DNA of 64,000 nucleotides from Octopus vulgaris (Eukaryota): contig OX597819.1 in the NCBI GenBank assembly GCA_951406725.2, positions 99,758,001 to 99,822,000 of the forward strand, read 5' to 3'. Both the position numbers and the translations under genes were made by a program. Below, one piece after another: positions 53,697 to 64,000 of the stretch. Position 1 is the stretch's first letter. The number at the start of each line of letters is the position of its first letter. The notes under the pieces are model-generated. The model ran no database searches, had not been told where the DNA came from, and saw only the letters and a program-made list of their open reading frames with translations.

Positions 53697-54332
53697 TCTA
53701 TATATATAAAACTGTAGTTGTGTGAGTGTCTGTCCCTTCGATTTAGATTCCTAACTACTCCCACATTTTGCGGTGCAGTTTAACCAAATTCGGGTAGCTT
53801 ATAGTCGTGATTCATATCGAGCTCGTCTGAGTATTAGCGCCCGTCTACGATGAGTCTACGATTTTAAAAATAATTTAACATCATTTTTTATTCCATTTTA
53901 ATGCATAATTTTTCGTGTGTCGATGGCGGCGGAGTTGGCGTCCACGCTCACACCTGCACCTGTGGGGAAGGGAGTGTAAGGAAATCAACGTCGTAATGCG
54001 TTGTCAAGGAGACCAGCGTTCTTTTTGAACAACGTCTTCATGGCTTGAAGACACCAAAACAGAAATGGCTAAGAAAGTGTCTACATGAGTCTACGATTTA
54101 AAAAAAAATTTACCATCGTTTTTTTTCCATTTTAATGCATTTTTTCGCTATTATATAAGGTAAGTAACTCTCTAAAAATGTCTACGATGAGTCAACGATT
54201 TAAAAAAAAATTTACCATCATATTTTTTCCATTTTTAATGCATTTTTTGCTATTTTTTGGCTATAACTCTCTAAAAATGCTTATATAGTTATTTCCCTTA
54301 CAAACCCGAGCAACGCCGGGCGATACTGCTAG
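53697..54332 (+). mobile_element. non-autonomous Helitron
   Basis: 5' A|TCTATATATATAAA, 3' hairpin CCCGagcaacgcCGGG, then CTAG|T. Confidence 0.85.
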
Positions 54333-54346
54333 TATATATATATATA

Positions 54347-54381
<35 letters not shown>

Positions 54382-54429
54382 ATATATATATGTATGTATG
54401 TATATGTATGTGTGAATGTGTGTCTTTGT

Positions 54430-54615
54430 ATAAGGGCTTGTTTCCCGCTACCACTGCCTGGCGACCGATGTTGGTTTGTCTACTTCCCCGTAATTAGTGT
54501 TTCGGCCAAAAGTATCAGATTTTTTTTTAAATAAGTACTGGGGTCGATGTGTTCAATTAAGCCTTTCAAAGTAGTGCCCAAATCCGGCCGCAGTCCAATG
54601 ACCAAAACAAGTAGA
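54430..54615 (+). mobile_element. degenerate SINE family A, 3' part
   Basis: Colinear with 58600-58790. Confidence 0.6.
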
Positions 54616-54699
54616 AAATAATGATACATCCATCCATCGCTCCATACTTACATACATAAATACACACATGCATACATACATACACACATACATACATAA

Positions 54700-54755
<56 letters not shown>

Positions 54756-54883
54756 GATCTCATGATTTCTGCAGAGACCTTGTTACCTTGTCTTGAGGAC
54801 GAAAACAATGTCCGAAACGTTACAATATTCATACAACCCTAGCTGCAACACTCACAGTCAGTCATAAACATATGCGTGTGTGG

Positions 54884-54930
<47 letters not shown>

Positions 54931-55859
54931 TGTGAGTGCGTGTGTGTCTGTACTAGAAGCATCTACAAGGAACCCTCAAAGATTTAGATACATCTGATAT
55001 CACCAATGATAAGAATCCAGTTCGGAAGTCAGGAGCTTAGGAAAATATAGGAGTTAACTCTTAATGAACACTACTTCCAGTTCTAATCTGGCCCAGGTGA
55101 CACTGCCTGTCAAGGGTCCGAGTTATGAGTGAAATATTAGAAGGTTGCTCTATAGCTAAGTCACACAAGATACAGTGGAGGGCTGCTACGTAGGAATATG
55201 CTACATGGACCCACCTGTTAGTGGATGGCATGTGAACCAATTCCTTTGCCAAAGTGTTAAATTGCACAATATCTCAAAGTGAAGCTCTGGAGTGCAGGAA
55301 ACAAGCGAAGTTAACCGTAAGTGATACAGCATAAGACGACAAGAGGCCATTAGTGTATACTTCCCAAGAAATCAAGAAAACCCAGACCAAGGTACGCAGC
55401 TCCATGATCTCCGATATCTGTAAGCATGACCTATGAAAAGGGATATTGAGATACAGAGATTCAAAACCAAACTCACTATAGTAGTTAATTGGGTTTCAGT
55501 ACATTAGATGTTGTAAAAGAAGTGGTTTAATGATGAGAACAACCATGTTATGAATTACTTAGTGTGATAAAAAAAAAATGGCAGAGCGGAGAACCCCATT
55601 ATTTGAATAAATGAAGTTGATTAAATCCAGACTATAGTATGAAAGTGTGTACAAAAATATACATAACTTCACACTACTCTCTCAATGCTGACTCAGAGTG
55701 CACACCGTGATAATAAGTATAACTAGAATGCATATCTCAATTCATGCACATAGCGAAGCCTATGCATATTCATTGTAGTACCATCTATACCACGTAGCTA
55801 AATCTCTCTCAAACTACAGTCTACTACCTTAAAAAGTAGAGGGACACATTGGGAAATAT

Positions 55860-56158
55860 TGTTTGTTCCTTCTCGAGCCATGCCTGGCTCATAAGTCCCG
55901 GTTTCCCGGTTTCCTTGACGTATAGGTTCCACACCTGGACCGGACGTCGGTCCGTCGCAGGTGCAAGACGCTTGAGGAAAGAATGAGAGAAAGTTTTGGC
56001 GAAAGAGTCAGCAGAAGTTCGCCATTACCTTCTGCCAGAGCCGCGTGGAGCTTAGGTGTTTCACTCATAAACACACACATCGCCCGGTCTTAAATTCGAA
56101 CCCGCGATCCCTCAACCGCGAGTCTGCTGCTCTAACCACTAGGCCATGTACCTCCACC
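55860..56158 (-). mobile_element. tRNA-derived SINE family C
   Basis: Minus-strand head ggaggtacaTGGCCTAGTGGttagagc...cgcgGGTTCGAATtt contains the A and B boxes. Confidence 0.8.
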
Positions 56159-57449
56159 TGGCCTAGTGGTCGGATTGGGAAATATAGCCCTGCGTAATTC
56201 CTAACAGACGGAATATTCAAAAGCTGTAGCTTAAAAGATAGGATAATTACGACCGGAATACATTTACCATAGTTGTACTCGATCCGAGTTGACATGTTAT
56301 ACATTAGTCAAGAATTTAAAGCAGTCTTGAGCAAATTTTTCGAGAAGCGGGTTGAATGAAACATGGCTGATCATCTGGTGGGCCGCACTACTAAACAACT
56401 AAACAATTCAAGTTAATTTCTCATTAGGCCTGCCATTCAGAAAGTACCACGGGCTGCACGCTGCCCATGATTGGTTTAAAGAGCTGACATGAAGGAGAGA
56501 TGTGGATAAAGACCAAAGATCTGATCCAGGTGGATTTGGCAGTCTATTGGATCCCTCTAAAGGCAGGCACATTCTAAATGAGATGATCAATACAGTAAGG
56601 AAAAACAGATATAGTTTTTAAGCGAATACTGTACATAGTGCTATACATTGAGTTATTTATTCACACGCATACCCCGCCACTTACAATATCCCACTTTCAC
56701 TATTATAACCGGCGCACAATATATCTCACCCACTATATATTCACACACGCATGAAACCTACTCCATACTCTGTCACACTTTTCCTGTAATAGCCTGTGCA
56801 CATTATAACGCCTACATTCTATAATATATGACCTCTCATACACATACAAACACTATACCACCTCCGTACAAATATACACACTGTAGCACATACACACACG
56901 TAATACATCACTTAGCATTATTATATATGCTAATACACCTATACACACACCTGCTATGACACCTACGCATTATTATGCATGCTATTACACACATACACAC
57001 ATTATAATGCTTCCATATCAATCACATGCTATCACACATGCACGCATAGATTAGACAATCTCTGTTGCATTGCACACACTATCACGCAGGCACACTCACA
57101 TGCACACACATTAACACCTACACACGTAATACATACGTTATACACACATATACACACACTACAACACTTGCGTAACTATGAACACACTCGCTATCACATT
57201 TATGCGATAACACACATTTAATTGTACTCACACACTATAATACCTCCATATCGTTATATAAACTATTACACACAGATACATACAACCACTGCATGCAACA
57301 AGACAACAAGCCATCGAAAACAAGTACACGTACTCAGATACAATCATAGCTAAACAAGAACAACAACGACAACTACAACAGCGACAATATATACAAAACA
57401 AAACTTTAAAATACACGCACAAATAGACCCAAAGTAATATAGTTGTATA

Positions 57450-57648
57450 CTTTTTTACTTTTCTACTTGTTTCAGTCATGTGACTGTGGCCATGCTGGAG
57501 CACCGCCTTTAGTCGAGCAAATCGACCCCAGGACTTATACTTTGTAAGCCAAGTACGAGGACGTAACCACACCAGCATCGGTTGTCAAGCGATGTTGGGA
57601 TGACAAACGCAGACACACGAACATATTTACACACAGACACACACACAT

Positions 57649-57709
<61 letters not shown>

Positions 57710-57863
57710 TACGACGGGCTTCTTTCAGTTTCCGTCTACCAAATCCACTCACAAGGTTTTGGTCGGCCCAAGGCTATAGTAGAAGACACTTGCCCAAGGT
57801 GCCACGCAGTGGGACTGAACCCGGAACCATGGTAAACAAGCTACTTACCACACAGCCACTCCT
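57450..57863 (-). mobile_element. tRNA-derived SINE family A, near full length
   Basis: Minus-strand head aggagTGGCTGTGTGGtaag...GGTTCAGTCCC, followed by a CORE-like block gtggcaccttgggcaagtg and an internal microsatellite. Confidence 0.85.
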
Positions 57864-58544
57864 ATTTATATATTTTTAAAAGTGATAGTGACTTCACTGA
57901 ATCTAGATTCTCAAACTCTTTGAGGTATTTACTACTGACGAAACCTCGAAATAACAGTTACCTTAATCTAAGATATCATTTTGTTTTTAACGCTACTAGA
58001 GGTTTTGTATTTTTTCTCTGTTAATGTCTTTATGGGGTTTATATATGTGTATATATGTTAGAGTTTTCTACATTGACATTATTAAAGCCCTACAGTGACC
58101 TGTAAACTATGACATTATTGACACGTTACGATAAAACGCAGGGTTTTTATACCCACAACTTACATGGTATTATTTATAGCTTTATCTGCTTCGAGATCTA
58201 CCAGTAAAGTAAAAAGAAGGAATTATTTCACTTTGTCTCGAAGTATATGAATTCTAATGATGCCAATAACATACAATTTTCGGTGGAAGGGATACGTTTT
58301 CTAAAATTGCATTGGTCCAGTGGTTTAACGCATGTCATGTTTACAGGTGATATGGGCTCAAATTCCACATGATACACACACACACACACACACACACACA
58401 TGATAACTGCATAATAATATAATAATATATCATAATATATTCATTCTCCGATTTAAAAGGACAAGATTTAAATACAAACAAGTGACCGAAAAATGATACG
58501 CTAATCTTAGGCAGAATCTTCTACAATAGCTTTCTCTTGGTAAC

Positions 58545-58804
58545 TTATAGACGGAAACTGAAAGAAGCCCGTCGTATATATGTATATATATATGCGTGTT
58601 TGTGTGTCTGTGTTTGTCCCCCTAGCATTGCTTGACAACCGATGCTGGTGTGTTTATGCCCCCGTCACAGTTCGGCAAAAGAGACCGATAGAATATGTAC
58701 GGGGCTTACAAAGAATAAGTCCCGGGGTCGATTTGCTCGACTAAAGGCGGTGCTCCAGCATGGCCACAGTCAAATGACTGAAACAAGTAAAAGAGTAAAG
58801 AGAG

Positions 58805-58805
<1 letters not shown>
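58545..58805 (+). mobile_element. SINE family A, 5'-truncated
   Basis: Reverse complement of 57455-57740. Confidence 0.8.
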
Positions 58806-58876
<71 letters not shown>

Positions 58877-59080
58877 TATACGTATTATCCTAATACATGA
58901 ATATTGTTGACAGTGATTTCGAATTTTCGGCCAGCTAAACCATCGTTGGATTGTAGCCGAAACTTCGGAGTCACTGTCAGCAACATTCTTGTATAAGAAT
59001 GATTAATTTGTGATCTACAAATGTATAGAGTAATAAATTTGTTTTTATTACAACTGAACATAAGTACAAGCAATATGTGC

Positions 59081-59141
<61 letters not shown>

Positions 59142-60085
59142 CGTGTGTACATACGTAGGTAGGAATAGAAAACTGTGTAGGCTGGAAACCTCATGACTTC
59201 TATAGACAGTCAGATATCTGAAGCATTGTTATGTAATTAGGTTTGATGTTATAAAACATGGCAACGACATGCAAACTGGTCTTTAAAGAGTCGAACAGCT
59301 AAATTTATACGCGAAAAAGAAAAACAAAAGCAAAAATCAAAATCAAACACACACACGCACAGAGAATGCGACTGTCATCTTCTTGGCATTACTTCAAATG
59401 TAAATCTACTTCCACTCCCTTAATATAAATCTCGCTTTGCTTCGAGACATAAGAGTGTGTTAAAGATACGCCAACACAACTTTCTGATGTATCACTCTTG
59501 TCATCAGTGAAGTGTTGATGGCAATCTTTGCATTTTCACTGAGAAGCTAACGTATTCCAATGATTCTTATTATTCTATGTAGGCAGAACAAATCCATTTA
59601 CCCACTGATTACCTATTGGAATTCGTGCTTTCAATTATTGGAGGCGTTGGAATACAATTACACTTGTATTTTGTCAAAGACTATAATTTAAAATATGCAC
59701 ACAATCACACATGTATACACAGTGACACATATGTATATATGCACGTATGTATGTATGTATGTATGTATGTATGTATGTATGTATGTATGTATGTATGTAT
59801 GTATACGCACACTCATTCACGTAACTTCATACACACTTCAAATATCATGTAAAAAAAAATTTCATTAAATGTATACTAACATATTTTCTGAATGCTTTAA
59901 TTTCCCAATTGTATCCATTTATTATCTCTTTAACTGTCAGTTACCATTATGAACACCTCTATCAGTCTTCGTATCTTTCCGATCTTCTGTCTTTCTGAAC
60001 ACACTCACACACATTCATATGTTGCTGCATGTACATATACATGTACCGTACACATAACTTAGCTACACTTACATACACAGACATG

Positions 60086-60130
<45 letters not shown>

Positions 60131-60137
60131 TTATCTA

Positions 60138-60171
<34 letters not shown>

Positions 60172-60955
60172 ATCTATCCACCTATTTATCTATCATCTAT
60201 CTATCCACCTATTTATCTATTTATCTATTTATCTGTCTGTCTATCTAGAGACGACATATCCATTTCTTTACCTCTCTATCCACCTATCTGTCTATATTGT
60301 TTTACCTGAGTGCCACGGCCATGCTGGAACACATGATATTGTTACGATTTCTACAGTTTTTTGTAGTTAGCTTTTGGTAAATGTATGAATTTGAGATATT
60401 GTGGTGTTTTTTTCTTCCGGTGTCACTGATAGCAAAAATCTATGCATTTATTCAATACATTTTCAACCAGTTCATGCAGACTTCTCAATTTCTTTGACAA
60501 GATATAGCAGAGCTGCGAGGCTTTGAACCATCAACTTTTATAGCATGATTTTGATGGGGAGTCTGCAACCTTGCAGACTATCTAATGAGGATATTTCACT
60601 TTTGACAGCAGAAATCTTTGAAGAGGTCAAGCACAACTACATTTCACCTAATATATTATTGTCTGTACCGTTATAAACAAACTTAACGATGTTTCACCGG
60701 TTCAACTAGACAAGCGTCTGAGTTTATGGACTAATTAATGAATGGAACTTGTGAAATGACCTTGTCAAGGAGTACAATTAAAATATCATTCTGCGTCTTC
60801 TTCGTTGGCGCGTATAATGAAAAATTCCTTGTTTCTGAATTTATTAAACACCTCCCAATACATCATCCTTTATCAGTCAATTCGTTTATTTTGAAACCGT
60901 ATTTATTTATTCACAAGGGTTATGGCTACGTGAATATGCGTCTACCATTGTAAAA

Positions 60956-62278
60956 TCTCTCTCTATATACAAAGCAGTTTGTCTGTCTGTGTGTCTGTCA
61001 GGTTGTACCCTCACCCTGACCACGGCTTTCAACCGATTCTGATGAAACTTGACACACACGTAGCCCAATTTCATAATTCAAAACTAACGCAGGGAAAATT
61101 TTGAAAAGTTCCCCCAGTTCTGAAAAAAATTGATAAATTCGACATGGGGTCGAGAATCTAAGCTTTTCATGTGCAACACATTTTCTGTTGTAGTTTTCGC
61201 AACTTGCAATCGATTTTCACCAAACTCATGGTGAAGCTTAATGTTACCCTAAGAAACTTAATTCTGTCGTTAGTTTTCTATGCAATACCTTACCATCAGA
61301 AAAAATCGATAAAATCATGCCAATTTGGGAAATCGCGTTCTAATTCAAGATGACATATTTTCGACAATATCTTTAACAAATTGGCGGGTTTTTTTTTTTA
61401 ATTCACAGCGAACATCATCTCTGCTCCAAGGAGCTATATGGCCCTTTTTATTCCAATAGGATACTTTATTACTGGAAAAAACCGGTTAATTAAATATGTG
61501 GCACACATAGCAAACCGATTTGTGTATTAAACACAAACCACAGACTGTCTAAGGGACGCAACTCGACCTACTTTAACTCTCTTACTCCCCCAAATAACTA
61601 AGCTACTTGAAGCTATTCCTGGCGATATCCACGTCTACAAATCTATAGATAGGACAGCAGACCCCGCCGAGCTTGCCGATTATCCTGTTGAATTCCTAAA
61701 TTCACTTGAACCGCCAGGCCTGCCGCCACACATCCTGAAGTTAAAAGTCGGTGCGCCCATTATGCTCATCGGGAATTTGGTTCCACCTAAACAGTGCAAC
61801 GGCACACGTCTGGTTGTGAAACATTTGGCACCACATTTAATAACGGCCACAATACTTACCGGTTGTGGGAAGGAGAGGACGTCTTCATTCCACGCATGCA
61901 CCTTCAATCGTCGGGCGCTGACCTACCAATCCACTTCAGGCGTTCTCAGTTTCCTGTTAAACTCTGCTTCGCAATGTCTATCAATAAATCCCAAGGCCAA
62001 ACACTACAAGTCGCTGGGTTACATTTGGGCGAACAGTGCTTCGCCCACGGACAACTCTACGTGGGCTGTTCATGCGTTGGGAGGCGCAATGATGTTTTCA
62101 TGTTTTCGCCCAAAGGAACAGCTAGGAACGTCGTATACACATAAGTATTGGAGTGAAGAGAAGACATTGCAAACTACACATGCGCCTTCGTTCCCTAGAG
62201 GGAAAGGTCTATATCGGGATTAGTCGTTGCCTACTAGGGGCTCTTACATACCCGAGCAACGCCGGGCTATGCTGCTAG
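60956..62278 (+). mobile_element. internally deleted Helitron
   Basis: 5' A|TCTCTCTCTATATACAAAG, 3' CCCGagcaacgcCGGG-N8-CTAG|T, with a PIF1-type helicase remnant inside. Confidence 0.88.
61600..62160 (+). pseudogene. Helitron PIF1-like helicase C-terminal fragment, frameshifted
   Basis: YPVEFLNSLEPPGLPPHILKLKVGAPIML.NL...CNGTRL, a frameshift near 61870, then VFIPRM...RRSQFPVKLCFAMSINKSQGQTL...F.HGQLYV.CS. Confidence 0.92.
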
Positions 62279-62831
62279 TATTAAATAATCAAGACGACAG
62301 TTTCATTGCTTTCTGCCATGACTTCACTCATATGCTGTGATTTGTCACTCACACGCTATTGAAACAACTACAAACCGTCGAATAAATGTAATTCCAACAA
62401 TATCATTCATATGTATATATGTTTGTGAGGAGTGTATTATGTCATTATTCAGTTTTATTTCAAGATTTCTTGTCAAAAGAGAAAGAGCCGGTTTCTAACC
62501 TAGATCCAAGGCTCCTTCATTGGAATTTCAACGTCAACAACAGGATAATTATGTATGTATGCGTGTATGTATGTATGTATGTATGTATGTATGTATGTAT
62601 GCATTGTGAGGAGGGTGTTCATTGGATACCCTGCGGGATGAAAAACAAAACCCGTCAAAGGGCGGAGGAATTCTTGAGAGTCAACGGCCATCCAATAAAT
62701 GTCTTACAGAAAATGAATATACCTTGTGATTCAAAAAACTACACTGTAGATGTAGCTGTATCTGTGTTGGTTTCAAATGTCAGCCAGCGAGAGATACATA
62801 CATACATACGTGCATATATATACATACATAA

Positions 62832-62883
<52 letters not shown>

Positions 62884-62889
62884 TTGTGT

Positions 62890-62958
<69 letters not shown>

Positions 62959-63478
62959 GCGTTTTAGGATCTGGTTTGCAAGATTCTTTATATGAGATGC
63001 TGTGTTGAAGCATATAGTGTTTAACATACTCACCGGTAAAATTTCCACTTATTTCCTTCTTTATTTTTCTAAAATTTTCGTTGCGTCATGCAAACTTTTC
63101 AATAATGTGTGTGCGTGTGTGTGAACGCGCGCGTTTGTGTGTGTTGCGGTTGTCCGGGCGGTTGTGTGTGTACATGTGTATGCGCGTATATGTGTGTGTT
63201 GTTGTCACATACAATATGAAACATACATATACACGCATACTCACGTATAGGCATACACACGTACACGCATACACCCCACTGATAAATATAACACATACAA
63301 TGCATACATACGTACACACACAACACCCTGACAACATATAACACACACATACACACACCATCCTGATAAATATATCACACAAAACTATAGAAAAATGGAA
63401 ATAAGTGGAAATTTTACCGGTGAGTGTGTTAAATTATAAGGTAGAAAAAGAGAATGACTCTCCCCAGACACAACAGTG

Positions 63479-63519
<41 letters not shown>

Positions 63520-63588
63520 AACATATGGTATAATCATAAACAGGGCAAATTTAGCCATTTCTCCGCAGACTGAAAAAAATTGAACAAA

Positions 63589-63628
63589 CTTAATCAATTT
63601 TCGAACCTTACTGGATTCTCATCAGAGG
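63589..63628 (-). ncRNA. minimal hammerhead motif
   Basis: ct-CTGATGA-gaatc-cagtaa-ggttc-GAAA-attgat-T-A-ag. It has a 5-bp stem II and a near-palindromic stem III. Confidence 0.6.
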
Positions 63629-64000
63629 AGCCTACATCATTCTGACAGTCTCCAGATAAACAAACAGCCATATATATATATATACATATATGTGTGTGTG
63701 TGTGTGTGTATACACATACTCACACACATAAACAAAGTAAAGTTGGGTTTACCACATGAGTGCATATATAAGGAAAAGAATCTTTAAATGCAGTAGTCTT
63801 TCTAAAACATTTATGAACTTAACCGGTTTCACTTATTTCAAAAGATTTTCAAAACTAAGGTATGAGGTTTTGTGCAATCTCCGTTATGTCATCTTGTATT
63901 TTAACAAGAAAAAGTTTGAGGCTTGACCTTGTGTATCGTCTGTGATGAGTCAAAAAATAGTTTACATAGAAACATTCAGATCAGGTAATAACATATTTTA

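Noticed and set aside
56095-56158. tRNA gene
   Set aside because: A and B boxes are present, but there is no full cloverleaf and it continues into a dispersed repeat body, so it is a SINE head.
57930-57965. CTGACGA-aacctc-GAAA motif, and similar remnants near 3370-3420 and 63815-63860
   Set aside because: Stems I and II do not pair convincingly, so they were not counted as ribozymes.

Overview
AT-rich, microsatellite-dense animal genomic DNA. The repeat content resembles a cephalopod such as Octopus (inference). The only supportable host gene is the 5' part of an angiotensin-converting-enzyme-like (peptidase M2) gene on the minus strand: four phase-compatible exons at 11038-11164, 10153-10301, 8077-8234 and 1320-1552, plus a dead duplicate of one exon. 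The rest is mobile DNA: a 5'-truncated Penelope-like element (PLE; RT plus GIY-YIG) in head-to-head inverted form, an intron-containing Tc1, mariner and Helitron remnants, an hAT MITE, a Tx1/L1-like LINE end and many tRNA-derived SINEs. The most notable signal is a hammerhead-ribozyme (HHR) system. A 4.4-kb palindrome at 37684-42100 consists of 4+4 tandem ~558-bp non-coding units, each with a canonical minimal type I HHR. About a dozen more HHR motifs occur in unrelated short elements. Several insertions share the PLE's fold-back, (TA)n-anchored, one-arm-longer architecture, which suggests non-autonomous ribozyme RNAs (retrozyme-like) mobilised by PLE enzymes. Most long ORFs in the track are microsatellite artefacts. 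All alignments and folds were done by eye, so repeat boundaries are approximate.
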